Sequence record: NC_048047.1
Length of the DNA: 64,000 bases
Direction: 5' to 3' (one strand)
The stretch's first letter is position 1. Each line of letters starts with the position of its first letter. Made by a program: the position numbers and the translations under genes. The notes beneath the pieces were generated by a model that saw only the letters and a list, made by a program, of their open reading frames with translations, searched no databases and was not told the DNA's origin. Positions 42,063 to 52,214 of the stretch are shown here, piece after piece.

Positions 42063-43708
42063 AGGACCTGACCGACGCTCTGCGCGCCCACCTTCGGGGT
42101 GGCGTCACGACGATCTGCACCTGCATCGAGATCGTGCGCAAGGACAAGCAGTCCTACCGCTTCACCGATCACGATGAGCCACTGACGGTGGCCAACGCCA
42201 TCTACGTGCCCTACGCCTCCTATGCTCGCACCTCCATCTCGACCTCGATCGAGAACGAGGTCGACGAGATGGAAATCCGGGGCATCCTGAACTCCAACTA
42301 CATCTCGCGCGACGACGTGGCCGGCGGCCTGTTCGATCACGCCGACGTGCGCATCTTCGTGGTCAACTACGAAGACCCCGACTCCGGCACCTGCGTCCTG
42401 CGCACTGGCTGGATCGGCGAAGTGACCATGAACGAGGACAACACCTACGTCGCCGAAATCCGAGGCCTGTCCCAGGTCCTGACCTACCGCATCGGCGAGG
42501 CCTACTCGCCGGAGTGCCGCGCCGATCTGGGCGACACGCGCTGCAAGCTGGCGCTCAAGCCGCCGCGTTGGCAGAAGAACTACCGGTACGCCCAGGGCAC
42601 CTCGGTTCTGGGCTTGATCAATCCTGCCTCGCTCTACCTGAACCTGAACTTCGTCAACCCGTCGTTCGATCAGGAAGGCTACGTCGAACTCACCCGCGAC
42701 GTCGAAGGCTGGACGACCTATGGCGATCCGAACGGCCGCTGGTCGATCCGCCAGGACCCGTTCTACAACACCCCCGGCAAGGAGGGCCACGCCCTCTTTG
42801 GCACCGATGACGGCAAGGACCGCGATCCGGTCAAGCACACGGTCGCCGACATCGGCATCTACCAGGACCTCGATCTGGTCGAGCAGGGCGTCGACGAATA
42901 CGACCTCGACAGCGGCGAGTGCCGCCTTTACGCCACGCTCTATAGCGCCTGCGTGAACGGCACCGAGGCCGGCACGCGCTTCCGCATCTTCGCGCTCAAC
43001 GAGTATGGCGGACAAATCTCGCCCGCTGCCCTGTACGACACGGGCCAGCGCAAGACCGCCGAGGACAAGTGGTTCCAAACCATCGTCCAGGACCTGCTGA
43101 TCCCGCCGGGCACGCGCAAGCTGCGCTTCGATCTCTTCGCCCACAAGCGCCCGCGCTACGAAGAAGGCGCCGCCTTCGACACGATCACCGCCGCCATCAA
43201 CATGCCCGGCGGCAACTACGGATCGGCCGACCAGTTCGGCGACGTGGCGTTCCTGGCGCTGAGCGATGGCGTGAGCGGCGAGACCGAGCCGGCCTGGGGC
43301 AACCTGATCAACACCACCTACACCGACGGCACCATCACCTGGAAGGCCGTCAAGTCCTGGAAGCGCACGACCTATGTCGACAGCGCCTCCAACGGTGGCC
43401 GCAACATCATTCCCACCTACGTGCCCGAGGGCAACGGCTACTATGATGGCGGCCTGATCACCTGGGAGACCGGCAAGAACGCGGGCAAGTCCCAGGAGAT
43501 CAAGTCGTGGAAGGATGGCGTTCTGACCACCTTCCAGCGGCCGTTCTACATGCCCCAGGAGGGAGATCGCATGGTCATCCATCCAGGCTGCGACAAGCGC
43601 CGGGTGACCTGCAAGGAGAAGTTCGCCAACATCCTGAACTTCCGGGGCGAACCCGACGTGCCCGGCCAGGACAGCTACTACTCCACGCCTGACGCGCCGG
43701 TGGCCTAA
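42059..43708 (+). CDS. Tail hub/baseplate protein, DUF2163/GTA-type, with a large internal insertion
   Basis: FTDHD..L, CRADLGD.RC and GCDKR..TC..KF.NILNFRGEP.VPG. Confidence 0.9.
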   Translation: MKDLTDALRAHLRGGVTTICTCIEIVRKDKQSYRFTDHDEPLTVANAIYVPYASYARTSISTSIENEVDEMEIRGILNSNYISRDDVAGGLFDHADVRIFVVNYEDPDSGTCVLRTGWIGEVTMNEDNTYVAEIRGLSQVLTYRIGEAYSPECRADLGDTRCKLALKPPRWQKNYRYAQGTSVLGLINPASLYLNLNFVNPSFDQEGYVELTRDVEGWTTYGDPNGRWSIRQDPFYNTPGKEGHALFGTDDGKDRDPVKHTVADIGIYQDLDLVEQGVDEYDLDSGECRLYATLYSACVNGTEAGTRFRIFALNEYGGQISPAALYDTGQRKTAEDKWFQTIVQDLLIPPGTRKLRFDLFAHKRPRYEEGAAFDTITAAINMPGGNYGSADQFGDVAFLALSDGVSGETEPAWGNLINTTYTDGTITWKAVKSWKRTTYVDSASNGGRNIIPTYVPEGNGYYDGGLITWETGKNAGKSQEIKSWKDGVLTTFQRPFYMPQEGDRMVIHPGCDKRRVTCKEKFANILNFRGEPDVPGQDSYYSTPDAPVA

Positions 43709-44130
43709 TGCGGCGCCAGGAGATCATCGACGAGGCGCGCCGGTACGTGACCGCCGGCGCGCGCTGGCGCCCGCGAGGCCGCTCGATCAAGGCCGTCGAC
43801 TGCATCGGCCTGATCTGCTGCGTGGGCAACCACTTTGGCGTGCCCTACGAGGACATCGACGGCTATTCGCAAAACCCCGACGGGCGCTTTGTCGAGCACA
43901 TCCGCAAGTTCATGGTCTACCGCGAGCCACAGACGGTCCTGCCCGGCTGCGCGGTGATCTTCAACGATAACCACCAAGCCTGCCACATCGGCATCATCGG
44001 CGAGCGTTACGGCCAGCGCTCGCTCATCCACGCCTCCCTCGCCCACCGTCAGGTCGTCGAGGAGGAATATGACGGCCACTGGACGAGCCGCTTCCGCTGC
44101 GCGCTCGATTTCCCCGGAGTTGAAGACTAA
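43708..44130 (+). CDS. NlpC/P60 family tail-associated peptidase
   Basis: DCIGL catalytic Cys, CHIGI and LIHA. Confidence 0.9.
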   Translation: MRRQEIIDEARRYVTAGARWRPRGRSIKAVDCIGLICCVGNHFGVPYEDIDGYSQNPDGRFVEHIRKFMVYREPQTVLPGCAVIFNDNHQACHIGIIGERYGQRSLIHASLAHRQVVEEEYDGHWTSRFRCALDFPGVED

Positions 44131-47100
44131 ATGGCGCAAGCTGCCGCGTTCGCCGCGACCCAGGCCCTGAAGATCGGGATCAGCTACCTGTTCCCGAGCG
44201 ATGGCCCGCGCCTGAAGGACCTCAAGCTCACCGCCTCGACCTATGGCGCGGCCATCCCCTGGGTGTTTGGCATGATGCGCGTGCCGGGCAACATGATCTG
44301 GGCCAAGCCCATCCGCGAGAAGAAGAAGAAGAAGTTCGCCGGCAAGGGTGGTTTCTATAACCAGTACACCTACTTCGGCACCTTCGCCATGGCGCTCTGC
44401 AAGGGGCCGGTCAAGTCGATCCTGCGCATCTGGGCCGACAACAAGATCATCTACGACGCCACCGCCGGCACCCCTCGCAAGGAAGGCACCCTGCCGTCGG
44501 GGACGCTCAAGCAGTACATCCGCACCCTGGCGCTGGAGGCGGGCGCCCAGATCACCTCGTCCAAGTACAAGATGCGCTTCTACACCGGTTCGGAGACCCA
44601 GGTCCCCGACTCGACCATGGACGCCCACCTTGGCGTGGGCAACGCGCCCGCGTTCCGGGGCACCGCCTACATCCTGTTCGACGACATCCCGCTGGCCGAC
44701 TTTGGCAACCGCATCCCGCAGATCACCGCCGAGGTCTTCATCGGGGAACTGAACGAGACGGTGATCGTCGAGAACCTCTACGAGGCCGATGGCGACACGC
44801 CCCTGGCCACGGACTATTCGGTGACCGACGCGGCGTTTGACTGGACGCGCAACTACGGCTACCTGCGCTATGGGACCTCGGTGACCCAGGTCAATCTGCG
44901 CACCTATCATGCGGTCAAGGCCTTCTCGACCAGCGAGTTCCTGTTCCCCGGCGGCGCCGAGATCGCCAAGCTGCATGCCTGCGGTCAGGACAGCTTCGTC
45001 TATGCGACCTACGGCCCGGACGGTCCCACCATGCCGCTAGCGCGGCTGGACCCGTACTCGTTGCAGATGGTCGCCAGTCACACGGTCGACAAGCCCCTGG
45101 AGGTGTCCACCGCCACCGACAGCACCGCGATCGAGCATGTGATCGCCATCTCCGAGGCCGGCGCCTACACCGTCATGAAGGCCACGGACCTGTCGGTCGA
45201 AGGCACGGGGCAGATTGGTCCAGGACCTCATGCTGGCAATTTCAAGGTGTGCGCCCGTGACCCGGACGTCACCACCAAGTCGACCTTCTATGTCTTCCAC
45301 AAGGAGGATGACGCCACCCTCAAGCTCGTGCGCATCAATGGCGCGGGCCAAAATGTCGTCGACACCCTGGTCGGGACCGGCATGGAAGTCGGCGGGGCGT
45401 TCTGGGACACCGTGATCCCCGGCGTGGTCCTGTTCTGGAAGTCCGGCGGGCAGGCCTATATCTCCAAGTGGGGCGAGGATCGCGGCGCCGAAGTCTGGCG
45501 CGCCTCCATCCCCGGCTATCCCGAGCGCTTCGACGCCCAGACGCGGATCAACGGCCAGCTTTTCTGCTGGGAGTACGGCAGCGCCCTCTTTGGCGTCGAC
45601 ACGTCCGACGGGCAGTTCAAGGACCAGATCGTCGATCCCGCGACCGGTGAGGAAAACGCCAACGTCGGCAAAGTCGACTGGAACGACTACATGGTCCGCT
45701 ACCCTGACGTCGAAGCCGCGTGGCTTTCGTCGGGAACCTCGGTGGCAGGCTCGCGCGAGGGCTTTGCCCAATGGCACTACGAGAACTACGGCAAGAACGA
45801 AGGCCGCACTCTGACCTACATTGGCCAGGGCCAGGGACAGGGTTTTCCCCTGCCAGAAGCCTTCGAGGGTGAGCACGCCGTGCTCCAGGCCTTCAGCCCC
45901 CAGCAGGGCCTCCTGGTCGCCCTGGGCGGCATCGACGGCATCGTGCGCGTCAACACCATCTCCTCGGGCGTCAGCGTCGCCACGGTCCTTGAGAGGCTGT
46001 TCCTCGAAGCGGGACTGACGTCGGCTCAGATGGACCTCAACACCCTCTATCAAATCCCGATCCGGGGTTATGGCTGGGCCAACGGCACCGACATCAAGTC
46101 GATCGTCGACGAGTTGGGGCGTCTCTATCTCTTCGACATCTCCGAGCGCCAGGGGGTGATGACCGCCATTCCGCGCTCGCCTGACAACGAGTTTGGCCCC
46201 TCCACCCAGACCATCCCGCAAAACGCCCTGGGCTCGTCGAGCCCTGACGCGGTCGATTTCTGGCAGGAGACGCGCCTTCAGGAAGTTGACCTGCCGGCCC
46301 AGGTCTCGCTGACCTACATGAACTGGGACCAGGACTATGAGACCGGCGTGGTGCGTTCCAAGCGCATCACCAACCCCACGCCGACCATGTTCTCGCGTCA
46401 GCAGGTCAATCTTGAGATGAACATGGTCATGTCGCCCACCGAGGCGAAGATCGTGGTCAACAAGATTCTCTACTCGCAGTGGGGCGAGCGCACCAAGCAC
46501 ACCTCCACCCTGCCCTGGGCGTTGCTCGACCTGGACCCCTCCGACATCGTCACGGTCGAGTTCAACGACGGCCGCTCCTACATCGAGCGCGTCCACCGCC
46601 TGGAGTTCGGCGCCGACTATCACATGGCCTTCGAGTCCTATGGCCAAGACAGCGGCGCCTACGAGAACTGGGAAGAGATCACCACCGCAGATGGCGGCGA
46701 CGGCAAGACGCCAGCCGTGCTGGACGATGCGCCGCGCACGGCCATCCCGTTCATCCTCAACACGCCGCTGCTGCGCGACGGCGACGACACCAATGGCGCG
46801 ATGTCACGCTACTATGTTGGGGTCGGCAATGGCTATCCCGGCGCATATCAAGGCGCGGGCCTGTTCAAGTCGAGCAACTTGCTGGACTACACCCAGATCG
46901 ATGGCGGCGACAACGACGTCGAATGGGCCACGGTCGTGGGCAAACTGCCGGTCCCCCATGCTGGCCCATTCTCGATGGACTGGCAGACTCGCCTTCGCTT
47001 GGTGCCGGCCGTGCCCTGGTTCGAGCTTGAATCGATCACCGACTCCGAGCTTTGGCAGGGCCTCAACCCTGTCATCATCGGTGACGAGGTCATTCAGTTC

Positions 47101-47736
47101 CGCGACGCCATCGAAAACGACGACGGCACCTGGACGATCTGGAATCTGCTGCGGGGGCGCCGGGGCACACAATACGCCTGCGACAACCACGTCAATGGCG
47201 AGCGGTTCATCTTCCTGAACGACGCCACCATCTCCCAGCAGGCCGAAGTCCTCAACGCCCGAGGCCAAGCCCGCTATTTCAAGGCCGTGGCGCAGGATCG
47301 CACGCTTCAAGAGACCACGGCCACCACCATCCTCTACGAGCCGCGCGACCTGATGCCGTACGCGCCGACCGACATCCGGCGAGAGTTCGCCACCGACAAC
47401 AGTCTCGACATCACCTGGGCGCGACGCACACGCTACGGCGGCGGTATGATCGACGGCACGGGCGAGGTGCCCCTGGGCGAGCGCTACGAGCGCTACGAGG
47501 TCTACGTGCTGCCGGCGCCTTTCTCGGGAGACCTGTCGCGTGGCGCCGAGCCGGTGGGCTATACCCGCAAGTTCGAGACCATCTACCCAAATGTCAGCTA
47601 CACGCCAGAGATGCAGACAGTCGATGGCTTCAACCGAAGCACCGACACGCTGCATCTGGTGGTCTACCAGCTTTCCGACGCTGTCGGCCGGGGCTTTCCT
47701 GGTGTTCGTTCCATCCTCCCAACCAATCCGTTCTAA
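44131..47736 (+). CDS. Central tail/host-specificity protein (GTA-like), copy 1
   Basis: GPRL.DLK..ASTYG..IP..FG..RV.GN.IW, PAFRG.AY..F.D..L.DFGNRIP and WNLLRGRRGT. Confidence 0.9.
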   Translation: MAQAAAFAATQALKIGISYLFPSDGPRLKDLKLTASTYGAAIPWVFGMMRVPGNMIWAKPIREKKKKKFAGKGGFYNQYTYFGTFAMALCKGPVKSILRIWADNKIIYDATAGTPRKEGTLPSGTLKQYIRTLALEAGAQITSSKYKMRFYTGSETQVPDSTMDAHLGVGNAPAFRGTAYILFDDIPLADFGNRIPQITAEVFIGELNETVIVENLYEADGDTPLATDYSVTDAAFDWTRNYGYLRYGTSVTQVNLRTYHAVKAFSTSEFLFPGGAEIAKLHACGQDSFVYATYGPDGPTMPLARLDPYSLQMVASHTVDKPLEVSTATDSTAIEHVIAISEAGAYTVMKATDLSVEGTGQIGPGPHAGNFKVCARDPDVTTKSTFYVFHKEDDATLKLVRINGAGQNVVDTLVGTGMEVGGAFWDTVIPGVVLFWKSGGQAYISKWGEDRGAEVWRASIPGYPERFDAQTRINGQLFCWEYGSALFGVDTSDGQFKDQIVDPATGEENANVGKVDWNDYMVRYPDVEAAWLSSGTSVAGSREGFAQWHYENYGKNEGRTLTYIGQGQGQGFPLPEAFEGEHAVLQAFSPQQGLLVALGGIDGIVRVNTISSGVSVATVLERLFLEAGLTSAQMDLNTLYQIPIRGYGWANGTDIKSIVDELGRLYLFDISERQGVMTAIPRSPDNEFGPSTQTIPQNALGSSSPDAVDFWQETRLQEVDLPAQVSLTYMNWDQDYETGVVRSKRITNPTPTMFSRQQVNLEMNMVMSPTEAKIVVNKILYSQWGERTKHTSTLPWALLDLDPSDIVTVEFNDGRSYIERVHRLEFGADYHMAFESYGQDSGAYENWEEITTADGGDGKTPAVLDDAPRTAIPFILNTPLLRDGDDTNGAMSRYYVGVGNGYPGAYQGAGLFKSSNLLDYTQIDGGDNDVEWATVVGKLPVPHAGPFSMDWQTRLRLVPAVPWFELESITDSELWQGLNPVIIGDEVIQFRDAIENDDGTWTIWNLLRGRRGTQYACDNHVNGERFIFLNDATISQQAEVLNARGQARYFKAVAQDRTLQETTATTILYEPRDLMPYAPTDIRREFATDNSLDITWARRTRYGGGMIDGTGEVPLGERYERYEVYVLPAPFSGDLSRGAEPVGYTRKFETIYPNVSYTPEMQTVDGFNRSTDTLHLVVYQLSDAVGRGFPGVRSILPTNPF

Positions 47737-50700
47737 TGGCTGATCAGCTTTTCTCCTTCGCCACCGACAACGCCGCCATGATCGGGGTCAGCTACCTGTT
47801 CCCGAGCAAGGGACCGCGTCTGAAGGACCTGAAGATGAGCGCCTCGACCTATGGGGCGGCCATCCCGATCGTCTTTGGCGTGACGCGCGTGCCGGGCAAC
47901 ATGATCTGGGGCACAAAGATCAAGGAGCACAAGCGCAAGAAGCTCTCGATCGCCGGCAAGGGCGGCTTCTACATCAAGTACACCTATACCGCCTCGGTCG
48001 CCTTCGCCTTCTGCAAGGGCACGATCTCCCAGTTTCGCCGCATCTGGGCGGACGGCAAGATCATCTATGACGTGACGGGCACGGGCAAAAAGACCAACAA
48101 CGACAAGTACAAGATTCGCTTCTACCTGGGCAGCGAGGACCAAAATCCAAACTCGACGATCGAGGCAGACTTGGGGGTAGGCAACACGCCGGCCTTTCGA
48201 GGATTGGCCTATATGGTCATTGAAGACATGCCGCTGGAGGATTTCGGGAACCACATCCCGCAGATCACCGCCGAAGTCTACAACATGGAGAAGTTCTTCG
48301 ACACGCCCCAAGTGCCGGTGACTACTTATGTTGAGGACGGCACGCCGCGTCCGCTGCACTACTACGGCAACGCGCTGACGGTCGACGTCACCCGAGGCTA
48401 CTTCTACCTGACCGACCCGGAGTTCAACTCGTCCGGCAGGACCCACCTTCGCCGCTTCAGTTTGACGACCGGCAAGGAGGACATGGCCTTTGAGCCGCAA
48501 TTCCCCAACACCGCCCAGGGCGTGGGCATCTACGACAACCAGACGCTGCTCTACCTGCATGCCGTCAAGCGCGACGGCACCCTGTTCGTGGCGAACGGCG
48601 GTCTCAACAACTATGTCGCCGCCTCCCTGATCGAGCCGCAAGGCTACAACACCGTCGCCACGCAAGGCGTGTCTGACGCGTTCGGGCGCGACAATCCATA
48701 CATGGGCCTGGAGGCCGGCTATCCGCCGACCGATGGTTCAGCGCGCACGTGCGCCTATTCGCTCAGCAGTGGCGGACGCGAGATGGCCTTGTGGTGGGGG
48801 CTGTTTGGGGACGTCACGACGTTCGACATCACCGACGTGAATCTTTTCAGGCGGGATGGGGGCACGACGTGGCCAACCCGTATCGGTTCGGTCTATCATG
48901 GCGTCGTGGTCTGTGGTTCGATCGGCCTGAAGACCAACCAGTTCTATGGCGCGATCACGTCCGAAGAGGACGCCAACGCCCAATTCATCGACCTCTACGA
49001 TATCAATCAAGGAGGTGGCGGGCGTCTCTATGGCCGGCTCCAGCGCAAGTTCGCCGGCATCGCCCTCCAGCCCTACTGGATCATGTACGACGAAAGCGAT
49101 CCAGGCATCCTGATGGCCTATACCGAGGGCGACTCCTCGGTCTGGATGGCCAAGTTCTCCCTTGAGACCATGACCTGGAAGTGGCGCAAGCCGGTGGCGT
49201 ATGACGCCATCAGCCTGGACCCGCGCCTGGGCCGGATCGTCAATGGCCAATATGCCTGGATTCAGAACACGCCCTTCGGCCCGACCGCCGTGGCCATCTA
49301 CATCATCGACACGCGCACGGGCTCCTATGTGCTGCCCAACAACACCGCCGACGCACCGCCGGAACTCTACGCGCCCGAGGACATCCAGAGCCCCTATGTC
49401 AGCGACGCGGACTACCACGGCATCCCGGTCGACAAGCCAGGACTGACCGCCACCGGATCGCAGTTCCTCAACTGGTCCAACTACAGCATCGTCTCGATCC
49501 AGACCTTCGCGGGCATCGGCGACAATCGCATCACCTTCCTGGGCGGAAAGATCGGCTATTGCAGCCTGGGCTTCATCTGCGATCGTCTCCTGCGGATGGC
49601 GGGCCTGACCTCCTCGCAGATCGACATGTCGCGCTTGATGGACACCGAGGTCCTGGGATACGGCTGGGCGCAGTCCACCGACTTGAAGTCGGTGCTCGAC
49701 CAGTTGAAGATGATCTATCTCTTCGACATCGTCGAGAGCGACGGCAAGCTGACGGGGTTCCTGCGCACCGAGGGCACCAATGAAGGCGCGCCCGTCGCCT
49801 CGATCAAGAAGGCGGCCCTGGGCTCGACCGGTCCCGATGCGGTGGACTACTGGACCGAGACGCGCCTGCAAGAGGCCGAAATCCCCCAGAAGGTCTCGCT
49901 CACCTACATGAACTACGAGCGCGACTTCCAGGAGTCGGTCGCTCAATCCAAGCGGATCAGCAGTCCGACCCGCACGATGCAGTCCGATCAGTTGGTCGCC
50001 ATCGAGGCCAATCTGGTTCTCAAGCCGGCGGAGGCCAAGGAGCGTGTCAACCACATGCTCTACGACCAGTGGAACGAGCGCACCCGTCACACCACTCATC
50101 TGCCGTGGGCCTATCTCGATCTGGACCCATCGGATTGGGTCGAGGTGCGCCTGGACGATGACCGCACCTACGCCGACCGTATCCAACGCACCGAAGTCGG
50201 CGCGGACTTTTCGATCTCTGTCGAGGCCTATGGCCGCGACGGCGGCGCCTACGCGCCGTTGGAGCAGGAAGCCGATGGTGGGACGAGCCCGTCCCAGACG
50301 ATCTACGATCCGGGCCAATCGGTCCCGTACGTCATCAACACGCCGTTGCTGCGCGACAGCGACGACAGTGGCGGCAACATGAGCGTCTTCTATTACGGGG
50401 TTGGCAACAATACCGATAAGGAATTCGACGGCGCCACTCTCTTCCGGTCGATCAACGACATCGACTATGACGAACTCGACAGCTTCGACAAGGAGGTCGA
50501 ATGGGGCGTGACCACCATCGCCCTGCCGGCGCCGCCCACCGGGGACTTCTCGCTGGACTGGAAGACGCGCCTGATCATCCAACCCTACACCAAGTCGTTC
50601 GAGCTTGAATCGATCACTGACGATGAGCTTTGGGCGGGCCAGAACGCCGCCCTGCTGGGCGATGAGGTGATCCAGTTCCGTGACGCCGTCGAAAACCCCG

Positions 50701-51335
50701 ATGGCACCTGGACGATCTGGAACCTCCTGCGAGGCCGCCGAGGCACCGAATATGCCGCCGGCGCGCACAAGAAGGGTGACCGCTTCATCGTCCTCCAGAA
50801 CGAAGGCACGCTGGAGAAGGCGGGCGAGACGATCGACGTCATCGGCCAAATCCGCTATTACCGGGCCGTCGCCAAGCGGCAGAAGCTCGAAGACGGCCTC
50901 AACCAGAAGCTCCTCTACTATCCCCGTGATCTCATGCCCTATGCCCCCAAGGACATTCGGCGCACGATCAATGGCGACGGAACCATGACCTTCTCGTGGA
51001 AGCGGCGCACCCGGATGGGCGGCGGCATGCAGGACTTCACCGGCTCTGTGCCCCTGCATGAGACCACCGAGCGCTACGAGGCCTATGTCTATGTCCGGGC
51101 CGCGCCGGTGTTCGACCCCTCGACCGGCGGTGTCGACCCCTCCTATGTCACCCGCGTCGAAACCTCTGCCGACAGCTTCGTTTGGGACTACACCAACCTG
51201 AAAGACTGGATGTCACTGCCCGTGACATTTGACGTCAATCTTGACACCGTGATGATCATGGTCTATCAAGTTTCATCCGCTGTTGGACGCGGATTCCCCG
51301 GTTGGCGTGTGATCGAGCCGTGGCGGACCTTTTAG
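47736..51335 (+). CDS. Central tail/host-specificity protein (GTA-like), copy 2
   Basis: Same N- and C-terminal motifs as copy 1, with a divergent centre. Confidence 0.9.
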   Translation: MADQLFSFATDNAAMIGVSYLFPSKGPRLKDLKMSASTYGAAIPIVFGVTRVPGNMIWGTKIKEHKRKKLSIAGKGGFYIKYTYTASVAFAFCKGTISQFRRIWADGKIIYDVTGTGKKTNNDKYKIRFYLGSEDQNPNSTIEADLGVGNTPAFRGLAYMVIEDMPLEDFGNHIPQITAEVYNMEKFFDTPQVPVTTYVEDGTPRPLHYYGNALTVDVTRGYFYLTDPEFNSSGRTHLRRFSLTTGKEDMAFEPQFPNTAQGVGIYDNQTLLYLHAVKRDGTLFVANGGLNNYVAASLIEPQGYNTVATQGVSDAFGRDNPYMGLEAGYPPTDGSARTCAYSLSSGGREMALWWGLFGDVTTFDITDVNLFRRDGGTTWPTRIGSVYHGVVVCGSIGLKTNQFYGAITSEEDANAQFIDLYDINQGGGGRLYGRLQRKFAGIALQPYWIMYDESDPGILMAYTEGDSSVWMAKFSLETMTWKWRKPVAYDAISLDPRLGRIVNGQYAWIQNTPFGPTAVAIYIIDTRTGSYVLPNNTADAPPELYAPEDIQSPYVSDADYHGIPVDKPGLTATGSQFLNWSNYSIVSIQTFAGIGDNRITFLGGKIGYCSLGFICDRLLRMAGLTSSQIDMSRLMDTEVLGYGWAQSTDLKSVLDQLKMIYLFDIVESDGKLTGFLRTEGTNEGAPVASIKKAALGSTGPDAVDYWTETRLQEAEIPQKVSLTYMNYERDFQESVAQSKRISSPTRTMQSDQLVAIEANLVLKPAEAKERVNHMLYDQWNERTRHTTHLPWAYLDLDPSDWVEVRLDDDRTYADRIQRTEVGADFSISVEAYGRDGGAYAPLEQEADGGTSPSQTIYDPGQSVPYVINTPLLRDSDDSGGNMSVFYYGVGNNTDKEFDGATLFRSINDIDYDELDSFDKEVEWGVTTIALPAPPTGDFSLDWKTRLIIQPYTKSFELESITDDELWAGQNAALLGDEVIQFRDAVENPDGTWTIWNLLRGRRGTEYAAGAHKKGDRFIVLQNEGTLEKAGETIDVIGQIRYYRAVAKRQKLEDGLNQKLLYYPRDLMPYAPKDIRRTINGDGTMTFSWKRRTRMGGGMQDFTGSVPLHETTERYEAYVYVRAAPVFDPSTGGVDPSYVTRVETSADSFVWDYTNLKDWMSLPVTFDVNLDTVMIMVYQVSSAVGRGFPGWRVIEPWRTF

Positions 51336-51383
51336 GTCCCGCCCACGGACCCACGCTGGCGCGCGCTTTTCTCCCTGGAAAAC

Positions 51384-52214
51384 ATGGCCAATTCGCCCAT
51401 CCTCAACCTGCCTCAGGTTGCGCCCAATCAGAATCAAAAAGAGACCACGATCAACACCGCCCAGGGCATCCTGGAAGCGGCGATGAACGATGGGATCAAT
51501 CTCGCGGTCGCGGCGAACCGCACCCTGACCTCGGACGAGTACACCAGGGCCTTCATGCTGACGCTGACGGGCCTGACCAGCGAGTTCACCGTCTCCACCC
51601 CCAACACCAAGCGCTTCTTCGCCGTCAACAATGCGGGCGCCTCCAACGCCACCATTAAGGTTAGCGGCTCCTCGGGCTCTATCGTCATCGTCGAGCCGGG
51701 CAAGCGCACCCTGATCTACAGCAATGGCGTCGACATGGTCGCCATTAGTTCGGGCAACAGCAATCTTGCGGGCATGGGCGACACGGCGGGCGTGGGCGAC
51801 GCCAGCGACGGACAAGCGCTGGTTTGGGACGCCACCGCCGGGCGCTGGACGCCAGCGGACATCCCGGCCGATCACGCGATCACCAGCATCGTCAAGCCGA
51901 CGAACGGCCAGACCCTCTACAAGTACGTCTTCACCCGCTCGGTCCGCTTCTACAGCAACTATTCCGGCTCGCAAGGCCACGCCGACACCACCGCAACGGC
52001 TTCGGCCGTCTTCAACGTCTACAAGAACGCCACCTTGGTGGGTCACGTCACCTTCGCCGCTGGGACGGCGACCCCGACCTTCAGCACTGATCTGGGCTCC
52101 GGCTCGGTTTCGGTGACCTACGCGCCCGGCGACCGCCTCACCGTCACCGCCCCCGCCACCGCCGACGCCACCCTGGCGCTTCTGTCCTTCACCCTCAAGG
52201 GCGTCTACCTCTAA
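51384..52214 (+). CDS. Tail fibre-associated protein with a DUF2793-like N-terminus (276 aa)
   Basis: PILNLPQVAPNQ.QKETTINTA..ILEA is shared with the next gene. Confidence 0.8.
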   Translation: MANSPILNLPQVAPNQNQKETTINTAQGILEAAMNDGINLAVAANRTLTSDEYTRAFMLTLTGLTSEFTVSTPNTKRFFAVNNAGASNATIKVSGSSGSIVIVEPGKRTLIYSNGVDMVAISSGNSNLAGMGDTAGVGDASDGQALVWDATAGRWTPADIPADHAITSIVKPTNGQTLYKYVFTRSVRFYSNYSGSQGHADTTATASAVFNVYKNATLVGHVTFAAGTATPTFSTDLGSGSVSVTYAPGDRLTVTAPATADATLALLSFTLKGVYL

